Notes: generated from the letters alone by a model not told the origin. DNA of 64,000 nt from Candidatus Latescibacterota bacterium (GCA_965248265.1 CBDFJF010000001.1:288001-352000), one strand, 5' to 3'; counted from the first letter of the stretch, positions 1 through 10,219 are shown. Program-made: numbers and translations.

Positions 1-639
1 GTTGAGCTGATGGGCGACGATGGCGGCGAGGGTAATCAGGTGAATGGACGAGTCTTCCGTGCTGGGTACCCGCAGAATTCTGGGCAGCACTCGCGGCACG
101 GTGACGACTCCGAACATGGTGCCCGCGCGCTCGGATTCCAGCATGACACCGATGCACAGTGCTTTGTTCAATACCCTGGGAAACGGGTGAGCCGGGTCGA
201 TGACGATCGGGGTCAGGATTGGTTCGAGCTCTTCCCGCCAGTACTGGGTGATGAAGGCCCTGTGCTCTTCCTGGAGATCGCCCGTATCCCAGATATGGAT
301 CCCTTCCTGTGCCAGGGCGGGTAGCAGGTCCTCATTCCACAATCGGTAATGGCTGGCGACCGATTCGTGAGTCCTCTTTGAGATCTCCCTCAACTGCTGG
401 TCCGGAGTAAGCCTATCGGGCCCGGTGGCACCTGCGCCACTGTCGCGCAGCTGCATAAGACCGGCCACCCGAACCTCGTAGAACTCATCCAGGTTGGAGC
501 AGACTATTCCAAGGAACTTCACTCGCTCCAGCAGCGGGTTCCGGCGGTCTTCCGCCTCCTGCAGCACCCGGCGGTTGAAATCCAACCAGGAGAGTTCGCG
601 ATTGATGTAGAGATCTGGTTTGGTAAGGTCGATGGTCAT
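1..639 (-). CDS. ppk1: Polyphosphate kinase 1, N-terminal part (runs off window start)
   Basis: Absent from the ORF track. Manual translation from ATG at 639 gives MTIDLTKPDLYINRELSWLDFNRRVLQEAEDRRNPLLERVKFLGIVCSNLDEFYEVRVAGL, the PPK1 N-terminal signature, and later DPAHPFP. Confidence 0.95.
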   Translation of the reverse strand, partial: MTIDLTKPDLYINRELSWLDFNRRVLQEAEDRRNPLLERVKFLGIVCSNLDEFYEVRVAGLMQLRDSGAGATGPDRLTPDQQLREISKRTHESVASHYRLWNEDLLPALAQEGIHIWDTGDLQEEHRAFITQYWREELEPILTPIVIDPAHPFPRVLNKALCIGVMLESERAGTMFGVVTVPRVLPRILRVPSTEDSSIHLITLAAIVAHQLN

Positions 640-839
640 GCCTCCACATTTCTGTCAAGGGAGCCAAATGTCTACAACGCAACAAGATATGTCAACAGCC
701 AGAGGCCTCATACGGAGCCTGATTCCTGGTAATTGACAACCGAATCGACTCTCGTTTTGCTTTATCGCACGCAGTCTTGCAGGTTAACTTCCCTCAATCA
801 TGGCGCGACGCCCAGGCAAACCTCAAACGGATCGGACAC

Positions 840-1817
840 ATGGCTTCAAACGCAAACATCAGAGCGAACATCGTCATACCCGGGGATGATCCCCCACAGA
901 TAGCCGGTTCTCCCCATCTCGACCGCCTGCGGACTTTCGGGGACGTCACCCTGTACGACAACAAACCGTCTGATACTTCAGAACAGTTATCGCGGGTGGC
1001 GGATTGCGATGTCATCATCAACTCACGTGGCGCCGTCACCTGGAGACAGCAGCAGCTCAGGGAGCTACCCAAGCTACGCATGATCGCGACGTGTTCGATC
1101 GGTACCGACATGATCGACATTGATGCGGCCCGCGACCTCGATATCGTGGTGTCGAACCAGCCGGGACGTACTGCGCCCGTTGTCGCCGAGCACATGTTCG
1201 GGTTGATGTTCGCCGTGGCCAAGAGGGCTGCCTTCCAAACCGCACAGATCCGGGCAGGTCAGTGGACCCGGCGCATGAATCACATGGTGCAGGGCAAGGT
1301 CCTGGGTATCATCGGCACCGGCAACATCGGTGCCGAACTGGGAAGGTTGGGGAAAGCGATCGGCATGGAGGTGATCGCGTGGACCTTCCGCCCTTCACCT
1401 GAGCGAGCCGCGGATCTCGGGGTTCGGTTCGTAGAATTGGACGAGCTGTTGAAGACGGCGGACGTGGTCAGCCTCAATGTGGCCTTGACGGAGGACACGC
1501 ATCACATGATCGGCCAGAAGCAACTGGCGATGATGAAACCTGATGCCATATTGCTCAATGGCGCCCGCGGGGACGTCCTGGACATCGATGCGCTGGCTGA
1601 GGCACTGGTCGGCGGCCATCTCGCCGGCGCCGGACTGGATGTGTTTGCCGAAGAGCCGTTCGCCAGCGAGCACCCGATCAAAGCCTGTGAGCAGGTAGTC
1701 TTCACACCGCATGCGGCGGATCAGACGCCAGAGGGAATCGATCTGCTCAATGAAGGGGCCGTCGACAATGTCATCGCGTTCCTGGAGGGGAATCCGCGCA
1801 ATAATGTGGCGGCGTAA
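840..1817 (+). CDS. D-isomer-specific 2-hydroxyacid dehydrogenase (SerA/glycerate dehydrogenase-like)
   Basis: GIIGTGNIG Rossmann motif, NGARG, GLDVFAEEP, TPHAA. ATG at 840 preferred over TTG at 777. Confidence 0.9.
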   Translation: MASNANIRANIVIPGDDPPQIAGSPHLDRLRTFGDVTLYDNKPSDTSEQLSRVADCDVIINSRGAVTWRQQQLRELPKLRMIATCSIGTDMIDIDAARDLDIVVSNQPGRTAPVVAEHMFGLMFAVAKRAAFQTAQIRAGQWTRRMNHMVQGKVLGIIGTGNIGAELGRLGKAIGMEVIAWTFRPSPERAADLGVRFVELDELLKTADVVSLNVALTEDTHHMIGQKQLAMMKPDAILLNGARGDVLDIDALAEALVGGHLAGAGLDVFAEEPFASEHPIKACEQVVFTPHAADQTPEGIDLLNEGAVDNVIAFLEGNPRNNVAA

Positions 1818-1862
1818 AGCGCCTGCCCTGCAGTCGCATACGGCTGTCGCAGGGCCGTAGCG

Positions 1863-2948
1863 CTAGCGGATTGTGCGCTTGACCTCGCGTTCGAACGCCC
1901 GGATCTCCCGGGCCCCGTCGAGGACACCCAATTCGATGTGAAAGTCCCTGGTTTCGCCCGGTTGCAGGTACTCCAACATCCGACGCTTGCGGTTCCAGGC
2001 GCGACCCATCACGCTGCAATTCCCCGGTTCTATTCCCGTTACGTAAGTCCCCTTGTGGAAGTGCTGCCACTGGTTGACGATGGGGATTTCTTTGCGGGGA
2101 AACTTCCAATAGAGCCCCAGCTCCAGACGGTCGTTGATCAACCCCATGTGGACGTTGCCCTGGCGATCCGCCTTGGGACGATGGATGTAGACGTCGTCGT
2201 GCATGGTGGAGCGGGGAGCCCGTGCCACACTGTAGTCTTTGGGCTCGACCTCCTTGTCCTGCAGCCACTCCGTGCTCCTGCGGGTGTGCAGGACCAGACG
2301 CGTCCCGGCGTCGAGCAGCGGGAAGCCGGGGTTCGTATGGTAGACGATCATCAGCGGTGAGGGATCTGCCCCCAGGTTCTCGATGCGGTCGTGGATGCGG
2401 ATCGACTTCTCGCCCAGGACCGTAGAGATCTCCCGCGTCATCTCGAGGCAGGCACCGAACATGATGTTTTCGCGCATCTTGCCCCGCACACGGATGACGT
2501 AATCCTCGTCCTCCCAGTTGCTATCCGCGACAACGCCCTTGGCCGGTAAATAGGAGAGACGTCCGTGCAGCCCGAGTTCCTCATTCTCCTCCTCGGGATC
2601 GACCTCAGGATGACCGACGAAGGTCATGCCGCAGGTGGTGACCAGGCCCATAAAGGATCCCCGCATCCAGTTGAAGCCTTCGGGCTCATAGAACGCCGGC
2701 CCGACGTCGCCGGACTTGGAGCGAAAACAAAGCGACATGCCCTTGTAATGGGCGGAGGCTACATCGAGGGCCCTGCCCGGCAGAAGCGAGAAACACAGTC
2801 CTGAGGCGTTGAATACCTCGATAAGGTCGGCGCCACGTTCGTTGCCCTCGACGAGTTCAGCCCGTCGGGCCAACGCTACCTGACTCATGTCACCGACGAG
2901 ATCCGTGACTTGCTGCCTGGTGTAATTCTTGCCGAATAGTTTGGGCAT
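1863..2948 (-). CDS. Aldose 1-epimerase family protein (DUF4432-like)
   Basis: GLVTTCG, LHGRLS, YHTNPGFPLLD, YVTGIEP motifs. Start placed at MPKLFGK (2948). Confidence 0.8.
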   Translation of the reverse strand: MPKLFGKNYTRQQVTDLVGDMSQVALARRAELVEGNERGADLIEVFNASGLCFSLLPGRALDVASAHYKGMSLCFRSKSGDVGPAFYEPEGFNWMRGSFMGLVTTCGMTFVGHPEVDPEEENEELGLHGRLSYLPAKGVVADSNWEDEDYVIRVRGKMRENIMFGACLEMTREISTVLGEKSIRIHDRIENLGADPSPLMIVYHTNPGFPLLDAGTRLVLHTRRSTEWLQDKEVEPKDYSVARAPRSTMHDDVYIHRPKADRQGNVHMGLINDRLELGLYWKFPRKEIPIVNQWQHFHKGTYVTGIEPGNCSVMGRAWNRKRRMLEYLQPGETRDFHIELGVLDGAREIRAFEREVKRTIR

Positions 2949-3193
2949 GGTGGATAACCTCTTGATAGCGGCCAGTTGTGTGCCGGTGAAGGGCGCAATA
3001 ATAGCCACCTGCCCAGAGCCACACAAGGAATCGGGAATCGCGAAACCGGTCCCGGCACGAGTCGATTGCTCAGGCTGTATTTTGTTTTTGATCTTGACAG
3101 CAGGGTACCTATCAAGGGTAATTATCACTCGACGAATGCTGTCTCACTACTGGCCGCTGCGGTGCCTTCACCAGGCAGCGGCGAAACGATGCG

Positions 3194-4516
3194 ATGAAGA
3201 AACTGATTTCCATCGAAAACCTGGCCGAGGGCATGTTTCTTGAGGCGGATGTCGTCGTCGAGGAACGCGATGGCGAGGAGCAGCGGTTTCTGGCGCCGCG
3301 AGACAGCGTCAGTACTGGCGGACAGTCAAAGCGCGCCCGGCTCACCGGCAAAATGCATGAGAAAATCGAGGCCCAGGGCGGGATCAAGATATCCTCGGAG
3401 GGTCTGGTCGAACGGTTGCGCCAGACCGGCCTGACCATGGTGTCGATTGATACCGATAAAGGCAGCGACCTGCCAGAGGATGTCAAACCGCTCACTGACC
3501 CGACTCGAAAGCCACCCCCTGAAGGTCGTCTGGTTCATTTCGACGAAGAGATCGAGCGAGCCTCTGAAATCCGCGGCGAGACCACCGAGACACTCAAGGC
3601 AGCCATGGACGACGTCGCTTCCGGCAAGGGAGTTGACGTCGAAAAGGTGAGTGAGGCCAGTATCGTGATCACGGACAGCATCATGCGCAATGTGGACGCG
3701 ATGGTCAGCCTGACGCGGATCAAGAAGCACGATCCCTACACGGCCATGCACTGCATGAATGTGTGCACCTTGGTCGTTGCCGTGGCTCAGGCCGAGGGCA
3801 TCGATGCCGGCACCCTGACGATGATCACAACCGCGACCCTGCTTCACGATGTCGGCAAGACGCGCGTGCCCCTGGAGATTTTGAACAAACCTGGCCGCTT
3901 CGAGCCCGAAGAGCTTGAAGTAATGCGCCAGCACGCGACCTACAGCGGTGATATCATGAGAGAAGGCGGTGAATTTCCCGAGGAGGCCATCGCCATCGCG
4001 ACCCAGCATCATGAGATGTTGGACGGTAGCGGCTATCCAGGGGGGCTCAAGGGCGACGAGATTCATCCGTACGCGCGCATGACAGCCGTGGCAGACGTCT
4101 ATGATGCCCTGACTGCCAAACGGGTCTACAAGCCTGCCATGCCCATGCACCAGGCCCTGATGCGAATACACAAGAACAAGGGCACGGAATTCGACGAGCA
4201 TTTTGTCGAGCTCTTTGTCAAAGCTCTCGGTGTGTACCCCATCGGCAGTCTGGTTCTGCTGAACACCAAAGAGGTGGCCGTCGTTTTCGAACCGAACCCG
4301 ACCAACTCATTCAAGCCGACCGTCGGTCTGTTGACGATGCCCAATCAAAAGCCCAGGGCGGCCCCCTTTATCTGCAACCTTTCCCGCCGGTCGGAGGCCG
4401 AGGGGCGCGAGGTGACCAAAGTCCTGGATCCTGACAAGCAGGGCGTGGACGTCGAGCAAGTCATGACGCTGATCAAGGATCGCGGAGAGCGCACCGAACG
4501 CCGCATGCGCGGATAG
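3194..4516 (+). CDS. HD-GYP domain cyclic-dinucleotide phosphodiesterase
   Basis: LLHDVGK, HHEMLDGSGYP and ADVYDALTAKRVYK are all intact. Confidence 0.92.
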   Translation: MKKLISIENLAEGMFLEADVVVEERDGEEQRFLAPRDSVSTGGQSKRARLTGKMHEKIEAQGGIKISSEGLVERLRQTGLTMVSIDTDKGSDLPEDVKPLTDPTRKPPPEGRLVHFDEEIERASEIRGETTETLKAAMDDVASGKGVDVEKVSEASIVITDSIMRNVDAMVSLTRIKKHDPYTAMHCMNVCTLVVAVAQAEGIDAGTLTMITTATLLHDVGKTRVPLEILNKPGRFEPEELEVMRQHATYSGDIMREGGEFPEEAIAIATQHHEMLDGSGYPGGLKGDEIHPYARMTAVADVYDALTAKRVYKPAMPMHQALMRIHKNKGTEFDEHFVELFVKALGVYPIGSLVLLNTKEVAVVFEPNPTNSFKPTVGLLTMPNQKPRAAPFICNLSRRSEAEGREVTKVLDPDKQGVDVEQVMTLIKDRGERTERRMRG

Positions 4517-4571
4517 CGTTCGCTGCGTCCAATCATATCCACTACCTGAACCACTGTTTCCCGCTATTAGG

Positions 4572-5330
4572 ATGACCGTCTTGTTACTGACGGCTACCGC
4601 CGCCGAGCAGGCCGAAGTGGCCGCCCGCCTGGACGATTCCGTTGTGAGACGCCGTCACGGCCGGGACCAGCGTCACGGGAGACTGGCTGGAGTACCTGTC
4701 CGACTGGTCGAGACCGGAATCGGGCTCGTGAATACGGCGCAGGCGCTGACCAGCACGCTGTCCATGGACCTACCGGACCTGGTCATCCATTTCGGTGTCG
4801 CTGGAGCGTACGGGGATTCCGGCCTCGATGTCGGCGACATCGCGGTCGCTGATTGCGAGATCTACGGCGAGCTCGGCGTGCGTACCGGTGAGGGTTGGCA
4901 AGGAGCCAAGATCATCGGTATTCCCACGGCGCGAATCGGGGCACCGGAGGTTGATCATTACAACCATTTCGCCGCAGACACCAACCTGGTGGCAGCGGCT
5001 CTTGCCCTCCTCGATCGGGATGAGACGTGGTCGACTGGTCGGCCGAGAGTAAAAGCCGGCCCGTTCGTCACCGTCCAGGAGTGCAGTGGCACAACGGCTC
5101 TGGGCGATGAGCGAGCCAAGCGGTTCGACGCCATCTGCGAGAACATGGAAGGGGCTGCCAGCGCCCACGTCTGCGCCATGGAGAGCATCCCGTTTCTGGA
5201 AGTGCGAGGAATCAGCAACCTCGTGGAGGATCGCGACCGGGATCGTTGGGAACTGGCGACAGCTTCGGCGCGGGCACAGCACGCGGTCGCGGCTCTGGTC
5301 CAGGAGTTTGCTGTTGGAGGGCTTCCATGA
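4572..5330 (+). CDS. mqnB: Futalosine hydrolase
   Basis: Nucleosidase fold motifs (GIGLVN, GVAGAY, ENMEGAA, EVRGISNLVEDRDR); ATGA overlap with mqnD. Confidence 0.88.
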   Translation: MTVLLLTATAAEQAEVAARLDDSVVRRRHGRDQRHGRLAGVPVRLVETGIGLVNTAQALTSTLSMDLPDLVIHFGVAGAYGDSGLDVGDIAVADCEIYGELGVRTGEGWQGAKIIGIPTARIGAPEVDHYNHFAADTNLVAAALALLDRDETWSTGRPRVKAGPFVTVQECSGTTALGDERAKRFDAICENMEGAASAHVCAMESIPFLEVRGISNLVEDRDRDRWELATASARAQHAVAALVQEFAVGGLP

Positions 5331-6166
5331 GCGCCAGTGACCGGCTATCACTGGGGTATTCTCCCTGTCCCAACGACACCTATGTCTTCTACGCTCTGGT
5401 GCATGGCAAGATTGCCGGCGCACCGTCATTTACGGAGGTGCTAGAAGACATCGAGACGCTCAACGGCATGGCCGCGGACGAGCGTCTGGACGTGGTGAAG
5501 GTCTCCTTCCACGCGCTAGGTCATCTTCGTGATGATTACGGCCTGTTGCACTCGGGTGGGGCTCTGGGTCGAGGATGCGGCCCAATGGTCATCTCCCGCG
5601 AGGAGATTCCGGCAAGCGAGTTGGCCTCATATCGAGTTGCCATTCCCGGGCAGATGACGACGGCCGCTCTGCTGGTCCGTCTGTTTTGTCCCGAACTGCA
5701 GCACGTGCAGATCCTGCCATTCCACCGCATCATGGAGGCTGTTCGCGATGGTGAGGTCGACGCCGGGGTCATCATACACGAGAGCCGTTTCACGTACCCG
5801 GAATATGGTCTGCGCAAGGTCGTCGACCTGGGGCAGTGGTGGGAGCAGACCACCGGACACGCCATCCCACTCGGTGGGATCGCGGCTCGTCGTGGGCTGG
5901 GGGCCTCCCGGGTGCGCGATATTGACCGGAGCCTGAGGGCGAGCGTCGAGTACGCGCACGCGCACGCCTCCCAGGTGCGGGACTACGTCGCCGCTCACGC
6001 CCAGGAGATGGATCCGGAGGTGATGGCCGCACACATCGATCTCTACGTCAACGAATACACGCTCGATTACGGGACAGAGGGGGAGGCCGCCATCCACCAC
6101 CTGATAGACCGCGCGGCCGAGGCCGGAATTCTTCCGGTGACCGATACGCCGCTTTTCATAGAATGA
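5327..6166 (+). CDS. mqnD: 1,4-dihydroxy-6-naphthoate synthase
   Basis: LGYSPCPNDT, GALGRGCGP, IIHESRFTY, IPLGG, HIDLYVN. ATG at 5327 follows GGAGG. Confidence 0.95.
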   Translation: MSASDRLSLGYSPCPNDTYVFYALVHGKIAGAPSFTEVLEDIETLNGMAADERLDVVKVSFHALGHLRDDYGLLHSGGALGRGCGPMVISREEIPASELASYRVAIPGQMTTAALLVRLFCPELQHVQILPFHRIMEAVRDGEVDAGVIIHESRFTYPEYGLRKVVDLGQWWEQTTGHAIPLGGIAARRGLGASRVRDIDRSLRASVEYAHAHASQVRDYVAAHAQEMDPEVMAAHIDLYVNEYTLDYGTEGEAAIHHLIDRAAEAGILPVTDTPLFIE

Positions 6167-6179
6167 GGAGACTGGTGAC

Positions 6180-7238
6180 ATGAAGCTGGTACAATTTGCC
6201 GATGGCGAAGGCCGGGAACACGTGGGTTTGATCGAGGACGGTGAGGTCGTCGACCTGAATGCAGATGGCAGCGGACCGAGCTCGCTGTACGACGTTTACT
6301 ACGATCACGGAGGATGTGAAACCGGTCTCGAGGGCACACTCGAGCGCCTACGAAAAAGCGTCAACGCCACGGACAAGCAGTCCTTTGCTGATCTGGCGCG
6401 GCTTCCGTGCGAGCCCGGCGCAGCGCATCTGATGAAACCGGTCAGCGGGCCCGTCGCCGACCCGCACCGGTTGCGGGTTTGGCTGGCCGGGGTGACCCAT
6501 GAAGACAGCGCCAAACTGCGCGAGATCGAAGCCAAGCAGGCGACGGGCGATCAAGTCAACGTGTACGAGCAAAAGTACCGCGAGTGCGCGGCCGGCGGCC
6601 GGCCCGAGCTTTTCCAGAAAGGAGAGCCGGACACCGTGGTGGGGCACGGCCAGGCGCTGACGCGACCAGCCGATACACAGCGGTTGGTGCCCGAGACCGA
6701 ACTGGTCAGTATCTATGGCTTGACCAGCGCAGGGCAGGTGGAGTTGCTGGGATTCACCGGCGGCAACGATGTTACCGACAACGGCATTGAAGCAGCCAAT
6801 CCGCTCAATCTCCCCCAGGCGAAGAACTGGTCCGGTGCCTGCGCCAGCCTCGGGCCAGTCATGGTGACTCCAGGGGAATTCGACCCGGGTGAAATCGAGG
6901 TGTCGTGCGAGATCCTGCGTCGCGGATCGCAGAATCGCGGATCACGGGTCGCATACAAGGAAGGCAAGACGGGTGAAGCCCATCTCAACATGCCGGACGG
7001 CCTTTTGCACATGGAGCGTACCCTGTTCTCGCGGATTCCCCTGCAGCACAGGCAACTCCAGGCGCTCTATTGGGGGACCCCGCTTGTCTTTGCCGAGTCC
7101 GATCTGGCAGACGGCCTGCAGGAGGGGGATTCGGTACGGATGTCATTTTCCGGGGGGATTGGCGTGCTGGAGAATCCGGTGACACCGCTGGTACCAACGG
7201 GCCAACTGGCGCAGCGCGAATCAATGCGGGGGGGGTGA
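6180..7238 (+). CDS. Fumarylacetoacetate hydrolase superfamily protein (keto-deoxy sugar-acid dehydratase-like)
   Basis: VWLAGVT, RPELFQK, VPETEL, GNDVT, NPLNLPQAK, SLGP motifs. Confidence 0.75.
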   Translation: MKLVQFADGEGREHVGLIEDGEVVDLNADGSGPSSLYDVYYDHGGCETGLEGTLERLRKSVNATDKQSFADLARLPCEPGAAHLMKPVSGPVADPHRLRVWLAGVTHEDSAKLREIEAKQATGDQVNVYEQKYRECAAGGRPELFQKGEPDTVVGHGQALTRPADTQRLVPETELVSIYGLTSAGQVELLGFTGGNDVTDNGIEAANPLNLPQAKNWSGACASLGPVMVTPGEFDPGEIEVSCEILRRGSQNRGSRVAYKEGKTGEAHLNMPDGLLHMERTLFSRIPLQHRQLQALYWGTPLVFAESDLADGLQEGDSVRMSFSGGIGVLENPVTPLVPTGQLAQRESMRGG

Positions 7239-7269
7239 GGTACCCGCGGCCGGAATACAGTTTGGTGAC

Positions 7270-8529
7270 CTACAGGTCCTCGACGGCCCGATCGTTCTCT
7301 TCTCCGGTCTCCAGATTTCGGACCCTAACCAGGCCCTTCGACCACTCATCCGGGGCCAGCAGCACCATGCGCTGTGCCCCTGCCATGTCGGCGTGTTTGA
7401 AAGCCCATTTCAGCTTCTTGTTCTCGAGAATGAGATCGACGCTGCGGCCCGCATCCCGGAGTCGTGCCGCGACCTGGGTAGCGGCTTCGCGCAGGCTCTC
7501 GTCGAAGGCGAAAACGACGTCCTGGACGAACGGCGCCAGGGTCGGCAGCAGGTTCTTTTCCTTCAGAAGCTCTGCAATGACGGCATCCCCGAAACCCAGT
7601 CCGCATGCCGGGACGTCTTTGCCACCGAACATCGACAGCAGGTGGTCGTAGCGGCCCCCGCCGCAGATCGCCCTCAACTCTCCTTGCAGGGCGAAGGCCT
7701 CGAAGACGATCCCGGTGTAGTAGGCGAGACCGCGAACCAGGCTGGGGTCGAATCGCAGCCACTCATCGCAGCCGTAGCTGGCGCTGAGCGCGAACAGGTG
7801 CTCGAGCTCATCAAGACCCGCGCGGGAGCCCTCCATGAGTTTGGAGACGGCCTCCAGCGAGTCGCAGGCACCAAGCTCGACGATGGTGTCGACGATGCCC
7901 TGGTCAACTCCCAGCTCGTTGAGCTGCTGCTTGATCACATCCTCCGGCAGCTTCTCGAGTTTGTCGATGATGACACAAACGGCACCGAACTGGTCTTCGG
8001 GAACACCGGCGTCTTCGAGCACTGCCTTGAGAATCTGCCGGTTGGAGACGCGAATCTCGACGTCCTGCGGGCCCAGTCCGATGCGGCTGAAGAAGGTGAC
8101 GATGGCGCGGATGAGCTCGGCCTCGGCCGTGGCGGTCTCCACGCCAAGGATGTCCATGTTCCACTGATAGTGCTCGCGCCTTCGCCCTCGTGTCATGCGT
8201 TCGTACCGCCAGCACTGTGGAATGCTGAACCACTTGATCGGGAGGGCAAGTGATCCTGCTTTTTGCAGCACCAGACGCGCCAGTGATGGCGTGATCTCCG
8301 GTCGTAGCGCCAGATTTCTACCGCTCTTGTCTTCAAACGCGTACAGCTGCTCAACAATATCCTCACCCGCTTTACGCGTGTACAACTCTACGGATTCGAC
8401 CACCGGAGTGTCATACTCCTCGAAGGCGAAAAGGCGAGCAACTTCACGGAAGTGGCCGAATAACCAGTTCCGGAAACGCATGTCCTCAGGAAAAAAATCA
8501 CGGGTACCTCTGGGCGGAGAGAGATTCAT
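7270..8529 (-). CDS. hisS: Histidine--tRNA ligase
   Basis: PRGTRDF, LRPEIT, RYER, RGLAYYTG, GGGRYD and a C-terminal anticodon-binding domain. Confidence 0.98.
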   Translation of the reverse strand: MNLSPPRGTRDFFPEDMRFRNWLFGHFREVARLFAFEEYDTPVVESVELYTRKAGEDIVEQLYAFEDKSGRNLALRPEITPSLARLVLQKAGSLALPIKWFSIPQCWRYERMTRGRRREHYQWNMDILGVETATAEAELIRAIVTFFSRIGLGPQDVEIRVSNRQILKAVLEDAGVPEDQFGAVCVIIDKLEKLPEDVIKQQLNELGVDQGIVDTIVELGACDSLEAVSKLMEGSRAGLDELEHLFALSASYGCDEWLRFDPSLVRGLAYYTGIVFEAFALQGELRAICGGGRYDHLLSMFGGKDVPACGLGFGDAVIAELLKEKNLLPTLAPFVQDVVFAFDESLREAATQVAARLRDAGRSVDLILENKKLKWAFKHADMAGAQRMVLLAPDEWSKGLVRVRNLETGEENDRAVEDL

Positions 8530-8594
8530 TAGTCGATCAATGCCATCGTCGTAGGGTGATGAGTGAGCGCAAGTGCCTTACGAACTACCATTTA

Positions 8595-9470
8595 CTATAA
8601 CGACTCACCCAGAATAATCGCCAGCAATCCCAGGATCATGCCGACGGTGAGGGTGCGTGACAACCGGTGATCGGTCAGCCTGCCCCCGGTGCGTATCATC
8701 CTGAAGGCCACCGTTAGCAACAGCAAGTCCATGAACACGATGGCAATGAGGTACGGGACGCCGTACACCTCAAGGACCCACGGTACCAGGGTTGCGATCA
8801 TGACTACGACAAACACGGCAGTAGTCACGGCACTGGCTCGTTTTGGCCCCAGTCGAAATGCCAGGGTGGCAACTCCTTGATGCCGGTCGCCGACTACATC
8901 CTCCATGTCCTTGATGATTTCCCGGCCAAAATGGAACAGGAAGGCGAACGCTGCCGGGAGCCAAGCACGGCCGATATCTCCGGCAGCCAGGGCGCCGTAT
9001 GGAAAGGCGGCAGCAGCCAGAGCACTCACCATGAGGTTACCCCAAAGCACTGTTGATTTCAGGTAGGCGTTGTAAAGGTACAGGCTCACAGCGACGCCGG
9101 ATGCGAGGGCGCAGAGCTGAGGACCGAGCCACCAGCTCAGCAGCCACCCAGCCAAGCCCAAAACGGCTGCTTCGATGGTAGCCGCCCTTGTGCTGATCCT
9201 GCCAGCCGGCAACGGCCGTTGGGGCCTGTTGATGCGGTCGATCTCGAGATCTCTCAGATCGTTGTGGATGTTGCCGGCGGCGGTGATCAGGGCGGCTGAA
9301 GCCGCAGCCACCATCACCTGCCGCAAGTCTGCACACAATCCGGATATCAGGCCGGATATCAGGCCAGATGTCAGGGCTCCGACCCCAACAGAGACAGCCG
9401 TAATCAAGCAGTTGAAAGGGCGCAAAAGGGCCCATCCGGCACCTGAGAATTCAGCGAATCGGCGCTGCAA
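8595..9470 (-). CDS. UbiA-family prenyltransferase, digeranylgeranylglyceryl-phosphate-synthase-like
   Basis: RPFN, NDLRDLEIDRINRPQRPLPAGRIS, GREIIKDMEDVVGD; multiple TM helices. Start codon uncertain. Confidence 0.85.
   Translation of the reverse strand: MQRRFAEFSGAGWALLRPFNCLITAVSVGVGALTSGLISGLISGLCADLRQVMVAAASAALITAAGNIHNDLRDLEIDRINRPQRPLPAGRISTRAATIEAAVLGLAGWLLSWWLGPQLCALASGVAVSLYLYNAYLKSTVLWGNLMVSALAAAAFPYGALAAGDIGRAWLPAAFAFLFHFGREIIKDMEDVVGDRHQGVATLAFRLGPKRASAVTTAVFVVVMIATLVPWVLEVYGVPYLIAIVFMDLLLLTVAFRMIRTGGRLTDHRLSRTLTVGMILGLLAIILGESL
9340..9375. repeat. 12-bp in-frame tandem repeat (CCGGATATCAGG x2 plus one variant)
   Basis: Read directly; encodes LTSG-LISG-LISG in the UbiA protein. 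Confidence 0.85.
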
Positions 9471-9613
9471 TTGGATGGTCCGAGGGCCGGAGGCGTATTG
9501 GAGCGGAAAAAATCGTCATAAATATTTGTTTTGTATTAAGTTAATAGCGATTGCACGGCACCAATCAATGGCTGATTTGGTGTGGGCTCCAGAAGGGGCG
9601 TTTTTCTTCTAAC

Positions 9614-9679
9614 CTCTCGAAAAATAAAGGTTTCGAGAGATAGATTTTTCTTGACACCTGATATTGGCTACCGTACTTT
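9614..9679 (+). promoter_or_regulatory. Sigma-70-type promoter for the HU/IHF gene with an upstream inverted repeat
   Basis: TTGACA(9651-9656)-N17-TACTTT(9674-9679); inverted repeat CTCTCGAAA-N8-TTTCGAGAG at 9614-9639. Confidence 0.65.
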
Positions 9680-9774
9680 CTCACAAAGCTTTAATCCACA
9701 ATAACTAATGTCACTTTTGGCCCTGTGAAGTTGGGATGTGGTGGGGCGCCATTGCTGGCCCTGGAGAGTTGCTC

Positions 9775-10197
9775 TTGTCGACCATAACGAAGAAGGATCT
9801 CGCCCTCCTCGTTAGTCAAAGCACCGGGTGCAAAAAGAACCTGGCGGCGAAGATGGTCGACAGCCTTTTCGTCGCCATGCGCGACAGCCTGATTCAAGGC
9901 AACCGCATAGAAATTAGAGGTTTCGGCGTGTTTCAGGTCAAGGATACCCGGCCGAAGCCCGCTGCCAGAAACCCACGTACAGGCGAAATCATCTACGTCC
10001 CAGCCCGCCGCAAGACCCATTTCAAGCCCGGACGCCTGCTGAAAGAGGCTCTGCACCAGACACGTGACGAGGCTGCCAAGCAGGGACTTCCACTCGCAGA
10101 CGGAAATTCTGGCTCGTCCGCTGCCGATTCACAGCTCAGTGGCTCACCTCAACCGCCCTTCGACGACCATGATGAGGACGGCCAGCAACAGCCGTGA
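9775..10197 (+). CDS. HU/IHF-family DNA-binding protein with an acidic C-terminal tail
   Basis: TITKKDL, RIEIRGFGVF, ARNPRTGE, FKPG. TTG start at 9775 after GGAGAG is inferred. Confidence 0.92.
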   Translation: MSTITKKDLALLVSQSTGCKKNLAAKMVDSLFVAMRDSLIQGNRIEIRGFGVFQVKDTRPKPAARNPRTGEIIYVPARRKTHFKPGRLLKEALHQTRDEAAKQGLPLADGNSGSSAADSQLSGSPQPPFDDHDEDGQQQP

Positions 10198-10219
10198 TCT
10201 CGGCGGCATCCTGCGATCC

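Noticed and set aside
10-324. Plus-strand 104-aa ORF at the window start
   Set aside because: It is antisense to the clear ppk1 reading frame.
3054-3069. GGCACGAGTCGATTGC upstream of the HD-GYP gene as a sigma-54 promoter
   Set aside because: The GG-to-GC spacing is 12 nt rather than the required 10.
7393-8253. Long antisense ORFs (here opposite hisS; also 3326-4201, 22880-23782, 36662-37684, 42125-42940)
   Set aside because: These are shadow frames expected from GC-rich codon bias opposite well-supported genes, and they carry no recognisable motifs.
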